This document shows positions 34,638 to 47,110 of a DNA stretch of 64,000 bases, one piece after another. Each line of letters opens with the position of its first letter. The first letter of the stretch is position 1. The stretch is taken from positions 5,655,327 to 5,719,326 of the forward strand of contig OZ316897.1 in the NCBI GenBank assembly GCA_973895155.1, read 5' to 3'. The notes beneath the pieces were generated by a model that did not search any database, had not been told where the DNA came from, and saw nothing but the letters and a program-made list of their open reading frames with translations. The position numbers and the translations under genes were made by a program. Source of the DNA: Marsupella aquatica. Its lineage: Eukaryota > Plantae > Marchantiophyta.

Positions 34638-37254
34638 ATGGCAGACGAAGGGGGAGAGATGACTGCGAGAGGAGTTCCTTTACCTAAGGCCGTCCTTGTG
34701 ACATACCCTACGGTGAAAAGAAGCTTGCACGTTTTGAAGGAAGCACTGGCGGTCATGCACTTGAGTAAATTGCTCACTCTGCCTTTGTCCGTAACTTCAT
34801 TGAGTTTTTTGAAGGATTTCAGTGATGGGGCACGAATCAAAGTCGGTATGGTGGGAACTGCTCAGGCGAATCCAGAATTCTGGACTCTGCAATTTGTTGC
34901 TGATGCTTTCGACTGTCCCGCCGAAGGCAACAGCTTACACTCACGACAAGGGGAGACTGCGAGGCCTTATTTTTCTGGAACTCGAAACGTTCACCATGGG
35001 TGGAAAATGGACCAGTGCACCGATTATACTCTTAAAATCATTTTAGAGTTTTTGATTCCAATTCTCCATCCCATTCGACCACATATGATACTTGTGTCAC
35101 TTGCCAATACTATTGTGGCAAGTTGGAAGGGAGTTGCTCAGATAAATTGGGCCTTGTTGCTAAGACAGGTTATTTTATCTCAAGTAAAGAAGGTGAAAAT
35201 GGACGAGTTCACTACTCTCCCTTCTTATCTTTGCCAATTGTACTTTCATGGGAATTGCTTACTTCCAGGCGAACAAGAGGAGCGGATCAGACTGCTTGAT
35301 GAATTTGATCTTAGTGAATCAGGAAACGAGGATACTGAAAGAGAAGATGCTGATGAAGTCCAACCGGAGGTTCCCCCACCTATCTGTTCAGAGGTCCCCT
35401 CTTACCCATAGAGAACCACTTGTGGAACCCAGAAGAACCTCTTCACCAATTCCTGATAACCCACTATCCCCTTTCGAAGATCTCAATCAGGATAGAAGAC
35501 TTTACACCCCCCTCAATTCCAATCTCGATGAGTATACATCCGAGCCAGAACCAGTAGGAACGTCCCCACCTTCTGTACCTGTAGTTGACATATCTATCCC
35601 TAATACTCTTCGATCACCCACAGTCCCAACTCAGAATTTATCTATAGACACCTTGACCCCTTCTATGAGATCCCGTAAAAGACCCTTCATGTTCAGCAAA
35701 CCAACGGCTGATGAACTGAGAGTAGAATCTAATCAGCAAATTATTGATAAGTTAAGCAACTTATTGATCTGTGAACCTGAGGAGATAGTTGACTCTGTTG
35801 AGAGGTTAAGAGCAGCCTCTGTAACTCTGCCTGAACCTAGTAGTCCCGACTCTCCATACTCTCCAACCCAAGGTCCGACTCAGTTCTATCCCAAAATGAT
35901 GGAGCTATTTCGACCCACCTCCAATATTAGGGTTACAAATATTACTGAAGCTGAACCAATGGAGGAAAATGATGCATCACCCAGGTTAGAGCTTCAACAG
36001 ACACTATCTGCTTCCCCAGGTCACTCTGCTGAACACTATTCTACTCTTGTTAATAAAATGACTGACATGCTGGAGTGATGAGAGACTTAATTGATGTCTT
36101 GGATGATCTTCTGCATAAGACATCAGCTTTACTTACCTGAGATCATCATCGAGAATATTGTGAGGATTTAGTCCACAGGCTTACACAGATTTTTGGATGC
36201 AACCCGAAGCAAGTCTATTATGCCGTCCCGTTATCATACCTCAGCCTCTGGCTCTCCCATTTACTATTCTTTCCCTTCTTCTAGTCATTCACCCACCTCT
36301 CCTTACAGTCCTTTGAATCAACCAGACCAGCTCTACCCTAGTTTTCCAGAACCTGAGATCACACCTACAGGTGAAAATCTTGCCATTTCCTATCCTGACA
36401 TCCTTCCACCAGGTCAAGATAAATCCTGCCAAGTCCATTTCATTCCTACACTCCATATTGACCCTAAAACCCCTCAGGAGAATATTACACAATTTGCTGA
36501 GTTTGTCAGAGTTTCAGACCTTAGAACTCCTCCTATTTTAGAGTTTTGGCAGTACTATCATAAGAAGAGAGTTGAATGTCTCTATATCCTGAAGCTTCAT
36601 CTGAAGGATGTCACCCGCCTAGAGATAGCAGAGATGGATGAGATCTGGACAGAGGCTAAATATTTTTGCCCTGTTCTTGTTGTCATAATCCTGGTTGGAC
36701 ACATTGTATTGGAGAATGGAGATTTGGCTTTGGCATATTTCGGGAACTTACCTGCCTATGTCTTGGAATTCATCATCAACTTTTTGAGACAAACCAACAA
36801 ACGATATCAGGTCAACCATGGTGTCCTACCAGAGGAACCTTTTGTTGTTCAACAATTCATCTCACCAGTTGCTGAGAGTCAAAGAATCTGGAACAACATC
36901 ACTTCCCAACGGTTGGCTGACTACACACTAAAGTGGCGGGAACTGTTACCTCGTGTCACCCCACTTCTATCACTTGCCAAGGACTCTGACACCTTCATCA
37001 ACAAGTTTCCACGCAACTACCATACTACTTGTTGTAGTTATGATTTGGTCGACATCTATATGCAAGCTAGCAAGGTGAACACTATGTTTCACAGGAGACT
37101 ACTTCCCATTCTAAATGCTGAACGACAAATCAGGTCTCTTCCATTTGCTCGACATGATACGCAGGTTATGGATTTCCTTCAAGAGGTGATTCGAACTGAG
37201 ACATTCAGGAGTGTTCAACAACCGGACCAGTCAGCATTACTTCAGGAGGATTGA
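34638..37254 (+). pseudogene. LTR G-encoded accessory protein (~870 codons)
   Basis: ORFs 34422-35411, 35248-36078 and 36193-37254; N-terminal domain AFDCP.EG...HGWKMDQC...ILEFL, Pro/Ser-rich middle, globular C terminus. Confidence 0.65.
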
Positions 37255-40095
37255 CCTACTCCATCCTTCGAGTCAGGATTAGTCAATCTCCATTATTTTT
37301 GTTAAATAGTTATCATAGTTAGAAAAGTCTCATACTTTTTCAGGAGATAGCTCTTATGTAGCAGACCCTCCCCTGAAAATATCAGCCAAAACCGACATGT
37401 CATTTAGAAGTTATAGCATTTTTAGTTTTGCAGTAACGTGAGTGCGCAAAGGCGCAACAGCGCTTCCGACACTTGGAAAATTTTCTGGAACAGTGTATTT
37501 TTTTATCCGACAGCACTTTTCACCGATTTTATTAAGACACTTAGACACCTCAGAAAAAGTCTAAAATTTTTCCATCATGTAACATGTATATAAATCTTCC
37601 ACCTAGGAAAATTTCACCCCATTTTGAATTTTATGTTAGAAATTAAAATTCCGATAAACTCACTATTTATTATTTTTACCATAAAAGTGCAAAAAACACT
37701 TTTACTCCAGTTTACACTAGGGATAACTTTTGGTTAGTTTTTCATTCCTGTAACATTCTAGTGAACCTTGAGTACTCTCGTAGCATATTTTCATACTTTT
37801 TACTTTAGTTTATGACCCTTAAGATATGAAAGGGCATGTCCTTTCATTATCTCTTTTCCCTTTAGTTCCTGCCACCCTATATGTAGTTGAATTTATGTCA
37901 CTTTTAGTGTGAAGAAATTTCATGAGCGCTCAGTTGCAAGATTATAACTTTGTTACCTCCATTTGTAGCAAGTACTCCATTGCATATGAGTACTTAATAC
38001 AAAGGAATTCTTCCCCCTTCAAGTCTAAATGAATGAGAAGTTTGGACCCTTGAAGTAAAATTATTGTGATTGTTAAATCTTTTGAGTATGTGAAAATAGA
38101 TTCCTTGTTGGTGATGTTTCACATATTCCTTAGTTCTTGATGCATAGTTTTTGGCGTGACATTGCTTGTGCACGGGATGCAAAGATTGTTACTCATCAAT
38201 TACTTATGGCTTCAAATTTGATTATGATGGTGTCTCTTATTTGTGACACAAAGTACCGATTGGATACAGAAGTGATTGATTACTAGTCTCCACTCAGTAC
38301 CTTGGAAGGAAAAGTTGAGACATGTTGACGGCATTTTAGTAATCATCCTAGTATCGTAATCCTTTCCAGAAATATTCTTGCGGATATACCACCTAAATCA
38401 TATCAAATGAAGTTATGTTGAGGAGTCACCTTGGTTGTTTCCTAACTCCCTCACCATACCTCAAGGTTTTCATTGTGTTTTATTAATTGTTTCCATTTGT
38501 TAATTTTATTTTTAATGTCAAGCAGACATTTAAAACTATGCCTTGCTGAGCAACCATAGTAAAAGGCTCAACTTTGTGTTTTTGTTACCTTATTCATTCA
38601 TAAGTGCTAAATCATAGAAAATCATTCCTTACATATTCTTCCATGGGAACGAATACCGAGTTTTGGATCTTAAATGTTTATTTATGTCCCTAGTATGATA
38701 CTACACTGGCCTTTCTGCCAGGTAGACCTGAGCCTTGCCGATCTCTGCCCTCGGCAAGTTACAATGCATGGTCACCCACAAGAAATCGATCATCTCTCCG
38801 ATGTGCGGGTTGGTGCAGGTATTCCGGAAGAAGCCATTCTTCATTGATGGTCCTGGGAACGACCGGAACTCCTTGTCAAGTAAGGTCTTCCTCGTATCAA
38901 CCTTGGTCTTATTACCCATCGGCAAGCCAAACACCTCGACAATCACTTGGGGAGTGAGATAGAAATCCTTCCCATACACCCTCGTGGAATTGGTCTCGGG
39001 TTCCCATGATCCCACAAATTCTAATAAGTTTGACTCCGGCACCTCCGGCTTCAGCCATGGTAATCTTACGAAGGCTTCCAAGCCGGATCCAGCCATGAAG
39101 CCCTGGTACTTCTTGGTCTACATGGCCGTAAAGCATGCATCCTCCTCCCGTGCAAAATGTAATTGCACTTCCTCTGGTAGGGTCGCCACCCAGCCTTTCC
39201 AGGTGTCATCCTTTGTTGGAATGGCATTGATGGGATCGACCTCCTCCTCTTCGGCTTCTCCCTGCCTCCTGTTCTGCTGCTCTGTTGGCTTCCTTGGTAC
39301 CGCCGACCTTGTTTTTTTGCCGGGGTGGCCTCTTTGTTGTTGTTTCCGTTCCTCTTCATCTCGGCTGCCGTGGATGTTTCTCCTAGCACAGTTGCCTTTG
39401 TCCATCCTTCCGTGCTACCCTTCAACTCCCAGTGCGCGTCGTTGCAACGGTTGATGGCTTCCCAAATGCCGACAATTCTGTCTTCGCAAAATAGAAGGTC
39501 ATCGAGCTGATTGGCAGTAGGAGTCCACAAGAACTTGGCCTTGATGAGTTCTCCTCCTAAGAAGGCAGACTTCTGCAGCTCCCACAGTCGAGCGAGCTCC
39601 TGCCGTTCTCGAGCTGCTCTCTCCAATTCTTCGTTCTCATAAGTCCTAATGTACTCAGTTGCCCATTTGAATAGGCATCCCCAAAAATGTGCCGCTTGAT
39701 TGACGTTGCTCATACCCTCCTTGACTCGATCGTTGGTATCTGCTCCCGCCCAGAGTGCTTGCCTAAGCAGTTGACAATAGTTGGCCTTCCGTAGTCGTCT
39801 GCCTAGTTCGTGCTTGCAAATGAGCCACCATTCCTCGCGAGCGGTCCTTACCCCTCTCCTCCTCTGGTCTTTCCTCCCGTTGGTTACCCCTAGCCGCCGA
39901 TGCTTAGTGCACCCTAACCCTAATTGTGTTCTCTCCCCCGGCGTCCTTACCTCCGGCCTCGGCCCGGGTTCCATAGTCACCCTTAATTGTTTATATTTTC
40001 CTTGTTTTTGTTACTATACTAATGTGTTTATGGGGTACACCTCCGTTTTCCCCACTTAACTGGCCTAGTGATTCCTGGCTAGGCAGCACAACCTA

Positions 40096-40921
40096 CAATG
40101 GCACCACTTCAATGAGATTTTTGCCGAAGCCCAGACACTCGCCCAACCGAGACATACCACGACCTAGGTGTAGGCTTCAACCTTGGCTTCTATGACACCC
40201 ATCATCCCTGGGAACAGCCAAACACTGCCTCGGCCTCACTCAAGCCGCTCCCCACCACCGGCCGCACCGCCTGCTCGGGTACGATCCATGGTAAGGTGGT
40301 GAACATAAGCTTGGAGGACGAGGAGGTTCATCCACCCCTTGTCCGGAGACCACCAGGGATGCACCAACACGGGGCGGGTAACACATCATTGTCCTTGCAA
40401 GCCCGAACCCGAGAGGCAGCTTCGGTGGACAATATGATGACGGTTGCGGCACCAACACCAATTCTAATGGTGGTGGCACTACCCCTCCTGGATAGGGAAG
40501 ATGGGGAGATGTCCCCTTCTATGAGCCTCCCCGGGAACCAATCTAGGGGTAGGAAGAGGAAGGAGCCGGCTGCAATATCCAGCTTACCCGTGGCCAAGTT
40601 GACCATGCATCTCATGGGGGAGAATGTCCACAAGAACATCCTCCACCCGAAGCATGCAGCCTACTTGAAGACCGAAGGGTTTGAACATCTTGCCGCCCTC
40701 CCTTGGAACACTTGCAGGTACTATGGGCAAGATATGACGGAGTTCATCCAAAACTTTGACGAGGCCCGCCAACAAACCCGCGCGTACAGACGGGTAATGT
40801 CCCTGAACGAAGAGCAACTAAAGATCATCTTTGGCCTACCCAAGGGACCAAACCGGGTGGAATCACGAGCCCCAAGGGGCAAAGGAGCAAAGTACCAATC
40901 ATCTAGCTTCTCGGCCGAGGG
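40096..40921 (+). mobile_element. Element C part 2 (ORF continuation)
   Basis: ORF 40296-40921 is highly similar to the D protein (LHPKHAAYLKTEGFEHLAALPWNTCRYYG). Confidence 0.85.
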
Positions 40922-41821
40922 TGTCACGTCGTAGGCTTCGGCCTTAACTCAGACTTCAGCTTAGACGGGCACATCCCTCGTAAATCTGAGGGTTCGGGCA
41001 GGAAGGGAAGCACATAATGCACCTTATTCTCGTAAACTAGCGCTAAGTGCGCATACTGCTAAATACGGACACCTCCTAGGTATGGTTTGTGTTCCGCCGC
41101 CGGAACGTACCTTAGTCGATAGCAGGATCGACCCCGGCTTAAGGGCTTCTAAGCCTTCGTGCTGTCCGCCTTCGATCCGGATTCGATGATACAGGTCCTC
41201 AACCCGTGCTCGCAACCACTTACCCGCAGGCTGCACCCTGTGCACGTCTCGGGTAGTGCGTTCGGCCCGGCGCTGCCACCCATATACGAGAAACCCACAC
41301 ACATATGCGCACACATGCATACAATCTCGATTTACACGAAGGAAAAATGATGGGAAAGGATTTTACTACAAAGGGAACATATGCGTACACTTAGTTGACA
41401 CGACAGCCCTGGAATGCACAGGTTCAAGGCCAAGGGTGCACACTACAACGGAGCCCGGCTCCGCACTCGCCCGGCGAGCTTAGTCCTACCCCCTCCCCTT
41501 GGTACTCTGTCATTCCCAGAGGTCGGGACTCCCCGCATGTCCCGCGGATGTCCGACTCTGAAACTAAAAACCCCCCCCTTGCCTCTACCGAGGGGTGCAC
41601 TAAATACTAAGAGCCGAGGAACGGGGCGTCCTCCCGCCGAAGATCCGCTGACCAAGGTCCTAACTAAGCTGACAGTCAGGCCGGAAAACGGCTGTGTCTT
41701 ATTAGAAGATCCTAATCTACGCAGGCTGGACAGCAGGGCAGCGCTGCTGTACCTAAGGCAGGTGCCTGTCCCAAGAGCCTGACTAAGCCAATCCTAATCC
41801 TAATCTATTCCTACTCCACCG

Positions 41822-44464
41822 CTAATGCCTGGCACGCTTGCCAGAGCCGCCCGAATGGGAACGGCCATCTCGCTGCCTTCGAAGCCTGTCATTGTCCGCT
41901 TTGAGGAGCTGGACCTGGTCCAACAAAGATTCGTTCTCTCGCCTCGCCGCGTCCGTCTCCTCTGCTGCCTCCTGACATGCCTCCTCCAGCTGTTGGGCGT
42001 CGCTCGTCAGTTTACTCGCCAGCTGGTCCTGCTTCTCAGCCTCGGTTTGGAGCCGCGCCATCTCGGCCTGCAGCGTGGCTATCTCCGCCGCGTCCCGCTG
42101 GGCTCGCTCCTCGGCCTCCTCCAGGTCTTTCTACCAGGTGACAGCTTGTTTCTTCAAACTGTCAATCTGGTTCCGGAGTCGTGTAATCTCGGCCTCGTTC
42201 CCAGCTTTGGCCTGTTCGGCTAGGGCGGTAAGAGCGTACGCCTTTGCTAACAACTCATCGGCGGCTGCAACCTTGGGTCGTAGTTGCAGAAGCTCAGCCT
42301 CTTGAGCCGCCACTTCGTTCTTTAGGTACACGGACTCCACCCGGTACCGCTCTATCCTCTGAAGGGCCTCCGACTGGGCCCGACCTGCCTTTACGGCGGC
42401 AACCAACTCCTGATTGAAGAAACAGGCTACCTTCCGGGCCATGAACTCCCCGGTATCCCGGGCAATTTGATGAGAGAAATCTCCCAGAAGCCCGTTCAGA
42501 AACGTACCCTGTACGAAGAGTTCCGGGTGGTCCAAGTTGTGCCTGTCCGGATTTGGGCACGGGCAGACATCAACACGCGCAGGGGCCGGGGCAGTGACGT
42601 CCAGCCCTGGGGACATAACGTTGGAAGGGGCTGGAGTGTCCTCCTGCAGCGATGTCCGGTTCTCCGGAATTGCCACCGGCGGGTCCTTGGGAGACCCGGG
42701 TTCGGGTAAGACCTCTGCCGTACCAACTTCTGTACTTAGCCCGGCTAGTTGGGTCGCATCAACGGTTGCAACGACCGACCCCTCCGGCGCCTCCTCGGTT
42801 ACGATTACAGCTATTTGTGGAGGTGGGGTGGGTGAAGCTGGCGTGTCCACTGGACTTCGGGCCTCGGGTTGGGGCCGTCTCTCCAATGCCGGAAAAACCC
42901 ACCTAGCTGGGACCAGCTTTGTAACGTTGATGCGGGGAAGGGTTCGTCGATCAAACCGGGCGTACCACTCAAGAATGATTTCGATGTGGCTAGCGAAATA
43001 CGCTTTCCCACCAATGTACAGCGTCTTCCTTCACCGCTCCATCTCTTCATGGAATTTCTTAGCGAAGTACGACGCCCATTTCCTAGGTCGATAGTTCTCG
43101 ACCTGGATGACCTGGGCGGCGGAGATCTCCCCCCGGGGTTCCATCATGTGGAGAGCGTACCTCTGGAACTCCAGCCGCTCAGCTATCTCGGGCATGAGGC
43201 AGGTCCTCATCACGAACCCGTTGTCCACTGATCCCTCTGAGGGACAACTTGAAGATTGGTACTTGGCCCCCTTGCCCCCGGGAGCCCGTGATTCGACTCG
43301 ATGGTCACCTTCGGGTAACCCGAAGATCATCTTGAGCCGTTCTTCTGTGAGGGACATATTCCTTCCCCGCAGCCAAGTCTGTTGACATACGTCGTCATAA
43401 TTCTTGACGAATTCTGTCATGTCCTCCCCGTAGTACCTGCAAGTGTTCCAGGGGAGAGAGGCGAGGTGCTCAAATCCCTGAGTCTTCAGGTACACCGCAT
43501 GCTTGGGATGGAGGATGTTGCTGTGAACGTTTTCCCCCATGCGATGCATCGTTACCTTGGCTACGGCTACCGTGGCCAACGGTAACCCGGATGCACTGGC
43601 GGATTCCTTCCTCTTCTTTCCCCGTGACTGACTCGGGGAAGGTGATACTTCCCCATCCTCCCGATCGGGCCTGGGGAGTGCCACTGCGGTTGGTAACGGG
43701 CCCGGGGCGGCCACGGTCACCATGTTGTCTGCTGGGGCCGCTCCTGGGGTCAGAGCAGGGGGTGGGGACGATATAGTGTCGGCCCCCCAAGCGCTTGTTC
43801 CTCTGGGCCGCCTGGTCAAGGGTGGGGTAGCCTCGTCGTCATCGCTAAGATCCACAGCGTTGATGACGGAGCGTACCTGTGCTGGCTGGGTGATAGGTGG
43901 TGGGGTTTGGCTAGGCCGCGGCTGAGGCTGAAGCTGAAGCTGAGGTTGCATGGGCACGGGTACGGGTACGGGTACGGGTCCGGCTGAGTTGGTCATGTTG
44001 GTTGATGGCCGAGTTCCCATGAAGCTCTGTAGGTGCTGGTAGAAGTTCTCCGAAGCGAGTGCGGACGCCCTTGTCGAACGGTTGGTACTGGACTCGCCGT
44101 TAATGACAGCCCGAACCTGGGCAGGGATGTGGTCGAAGTGATGTCGCTGCAGGTCAATTGTACCCGGGATATTGAAGACCTCGTCCGGAAGCCGAAGCAA
44201 TGCTTCCCAGAACCCGATATATTTGTCTCCATTGAAGAAGTACCCAGATACCTCAGCTGGTCGGTAAAGCTCGCTCTAAGACGGGTAGTCAAAGTTAAGG
44301 ACGTAGTGGTGTCGTCCTGCTAGGCGGATGGCTCTCTCGTATTCGCGTTCGATCTCGTATCGGCGCGGGTTGGCGTGTTTCAATGAATCGGCCAAGTGCC
44401 TTCCGATAGATAGGAACTGCGTCCAGAATCGAATGGCCGAGCTGGAGAGGATCGTGTGCGACAT
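41822..44464 (-). pseudogene. LTR D-encoded protein (~880 codons, single frame, 3 internal stops)
   Basis: ORFs 44276-44464, 43031-44200, 42131-42886 and 41822-42061 are all in one frame; ATG at 44464; conserved domain, Pro-rich linkers, C-terminal coiled coil. Confidence 0.8.
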
Positions 44465-44565
44465 TCAGAGGAGATAGTAGTGGCGACCTAGAGAGAACGA
44501 GAGAGCTGGGGTCGAAGCTGGCGCGCGGACTGATGGACTGGTGCACTACAAAGGGTTGGCTCCCC

Positions 44566-44573
44566 TTTTATAC
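44566..44573 (-). promoter_or_regulatory. Candidate TATA box ~100 bp upstream of the LTR D ORF
   Basis: TATAAAAG on the minus strand; same motif at the same relative position in element C (~17560). Confidence 0.6.
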
Positions 44574-44935
44574 TTTGAGGGCTTGTCGATCCCCGACGTC
44601 TCCTCGACGCCCATAGGTTGAACCGCTCACGCTTGTGGTGTACCGGCCACTCCGCCGGTCTGAGTCAGCGTGCGTCAGTGGCCGCTTCCTTAAGTTTGTT
44701 ATACGGACCCGAGGGAGGGGCCCCTCCACGCTCGTAACCCGGGTGTGCGAATAGCGACCCGCCGCCAGCCCGAACCTGAAGTCCCCCTTATTGCCTAATG
44801 ATGTCCTACCCCTAATGATTACCTAAATACTGTCGTTATGCTAATAATAGCGGCCTAAGACCCACCTAATGCGCGTGCCGAGCGCAGTTAGACTGAATCA
44901 CTCATTAACCGCCGTACCGGCGGCGTCACAGAGGG

Positions 44936-45589
44936 TTCGATGGACAACAACTTCCTGATGAGGACATGCCTCATCCCCAAGATTGCAGAGCGGCTAGAGT
45001 TTTAAAGGTACGCCGTCCACATGATGGAGCCGGGGGGCAAGATATTTGTCGCCCAGGTGATCCAGGTCAAGAACTACCGGCCTAGGAAGTGGACTTCTTT
45101 CTTTGTCAAGAAGTTCCACAAGGAGATGGAACGACGAAAGAAGACCTTGTACCTCAAGGGGAAGGCGTACCTTGCAAGCCACATTGAGATCATCATTGAG
45201 TGGTACGCCTGTTTTGATTGATGAACCCTCCTAAGATGCAACGAGCCCAAACTCACCCCAGTCAGGTGGGTCTTCTTGGCTCAAGAGAGGCGGCCACAAC
45301 CCAAGAGCCGCAGTCTAGCACCAGTGGTGTCCACCCCGGCCCCACAAATAGCTATTGAGGCACCTTCTTCTATGCCAGACTCGACGGTTATTGCAATCTT
45401 GGATGCCCAAAACCAGGCCCATGCAGTCACAACCAATCGGGTTGAAGCTGGCTCCAAACCCGAGGCCATAATTTTGGAGAAAGCCGCCGTACCCTCCGTG
45501 CCTATGCAAATGGATCCCTTGTCGGACGCCCCTCCCTTTCTACCCTTACTACCCCGAGGCTGGATGTAACAACCCTGGCCTGTGCCCGG
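44936..45589 (+). mobile_element. Element C part 3
   Basis: Resumes after the D TSD (EGSMDNNFLMRTCLIPKIAERLEF; AYLASHIEIIIEWYA). Confidence 0.85.
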
Positions 45590-46893
45590 TGTCCTGGGAT
45601 TAGTAAGCTCTCAAGAACACGTCGGGTGTTTGGCTGCATATGCTAATTAGACTATTTATCACTTGTAAGAGACCTCATGCTTAGAACCAATTCCCTTGAG
45701 AGCTTTGTCCCCTCTCGGCCATTTCTCACACTAGAAGAAACCCACGCATTTTGAGACCCTCCCCTACATGACTTGTGCGAGTTCCCTTGGGTCTCTTGCG
45801 GTTTTCTCCAGATAAGCTGGATGGGAAGGGCGTACCCTTTTCCACAAGGACTCCTAAACACTTTTGGTACCAAGAGATATATGTGATCTACTCCAGATGT
45901 TGGCAATAACATCAGAGTAGTCGGGGCCAGACCCACACTTCACAAATCTCTCCTCCAAGTGATAATCTCCTGTATGTGCTTCTTTCAACTCTTGACTATG
46001 TTCTCTCATCTATTACACTTATGAACACACTCACATCCCCATATGTGCATCTATGTAGTATTAATGGATTCGACGACGCAATATTAATTGTAGTGTATCC
46101 TTCTTTCCCAGACTTCTATATAAGAACCTGCCTAATATCTACCTTCCTCTTTACTATCAACTTAATATTTACCGTAGAAAGCAAATTCAAAATTTGCGGA
46201 CTCTCATTCAAATCAACATTGATATTCATACTTCCTATATGCTTACTAACTAAGAGAGGTTCAGCGGCAGAGCCATCCCTACTTGATCACAGGTTTATGG
46301 ACATTATATCTATGGTATTGGTGGCATAGCCAACTTTGCCAGATTCAAAGCTCCATCTTCAAGGTACTCGAGTGGTGGCAATGCCTTCCATGACCAAGAA
46401 TCAAGAAACTTAGAATCCTTCCACCATAGAAACCGACGGCATAGCCATTCCGTTTAGTCCTAGAACCGATGTTCAAGCATTCCTCCAATGTAAATGCACA
46501 CAATATGCACTCTATGCACTCTCTATCCTCACACTCATATGTTTAAAATGCTGAAATATAGACTCCCTTAGGAGGGCGAGCCTCCCTCTTATTTATAACT
46601 GGAGCCAGGCCATGCTGGTCCGTTTACAAGAGTATCCTAGAAGATACTAGAATTTATTAGAGCTTACTAGAACTTACTAGATTTTACTTTTTATCCACGG
46701 TAAATTCTAGAACTTACTTTTTTACCATGGCAAATTCTAGAAGTTACCGGAATTTATCTTTTTACTATGGTAAATACTAGAAATTACTATTTACTATGGT
46801 ATATTCTAGAAGTTACCAAAATTTACCTTTTTACTATGGTAAATTCTAAACATTACTATTTACTATGGTAAATTCTAGAAGTTATTGGAATTT
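45590..46893 (-). mobile_element. LTR-like element H, left part (right part 63355-63441)
   Basis: TGTCCTGGGA ... TCCTTACGACA imperfect inverted ends; CCGG duplicated at 45586-45589 / 63442-63445; TATAAATA (minus) at ~46590; shared TTTACTATGGTA repeats. Confidence 0.6.
46640..46893. repeat. AT-rich degenerate tandem repeats (TTTACTATGGTAAATTCTAGAA) in H
   Basis: Several copies at ~27-45-bp spacing; one more at ~63360. Confidence 0.75.
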
Positions 46894-47096
46894 GTTGTAA
46901 TATGGAGTTAACACTAACCCAAGTCATGGTAGTAGGGTTAGTTAGTCCTAACTATTTAACCGAAGCTTAGGTTGTTACTAACAACCTAACCGCATGTAAT
47001 AGATCGAGTCCTTAGGGACTCTATAAGGTAATGGAAGTTGGAGGGAACCTCTAGTTGTTGGCGTATGTTCTACTTTCATCTTCTTGTCTCTGAATA

Positions 47097-47110
47097 CGTT
47101 ATTAGCACGA
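47097..47110 (+). promoter_or_regulatory. PBS complementary to the anticodon arm of tRNA-Ile(AAU) (half-tRNA primer)
   Basis: CGTTATTAGCACGA is the reverse complement of TCGTGCTAATAACG, recalled from plant tRNA-Ile. Confidence 0.7.

Larger units (their letters stand above)
34184..38705 (+). mobile_element. Solo LTR G (4.5 kb, gene-bearing)
   Basis: TGTAATA...TACTACA ends; TSD CTGGC (34179-34183 / 38706-38710); no gag/pol inside; TATATAAA at ~37587. Confidence 0.88.
28381..40090 (-). mobile_element. 5' LTR of element A/B (4.7 kb net), interrupted by solo LTRs F and G
   Basis: Colinear with 12438-17141; TGTGCTG start at 40090 preceded by TAGGT (minus); followed by PBS and gag; carries a decayed copy of the same long ORF (39980 to ~29280). 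Confidence 0.92.
40922..44930 (-). mobile_element. Solo LTR D (4.0 kb, gene-bearing), inserted antisense into its relative C
   Basis: TGTCACGTCG...CGGCGTCACA ends; TSD GAGGG (40917-40921 / 44931-44935); no gag/pol. Confidence 0.92.

Noticed and set aside
12438-40090. Giant terminal inverted repeats of a DIRS/Polinton-like element
   Set aside because: The inverted orientation is explained by the 8570-25748 inversion; PBS, PPT, DDE integrase and TSD show an ordinary direct-LTR origin; no tyrosine recombinase or polB seen
41825-44323. Many overlapping plus-strand ORFs in D (and antisense ORFs over LINEs)
   Set aside because: Shadows of GC-rich coding sequence on the opposite strand
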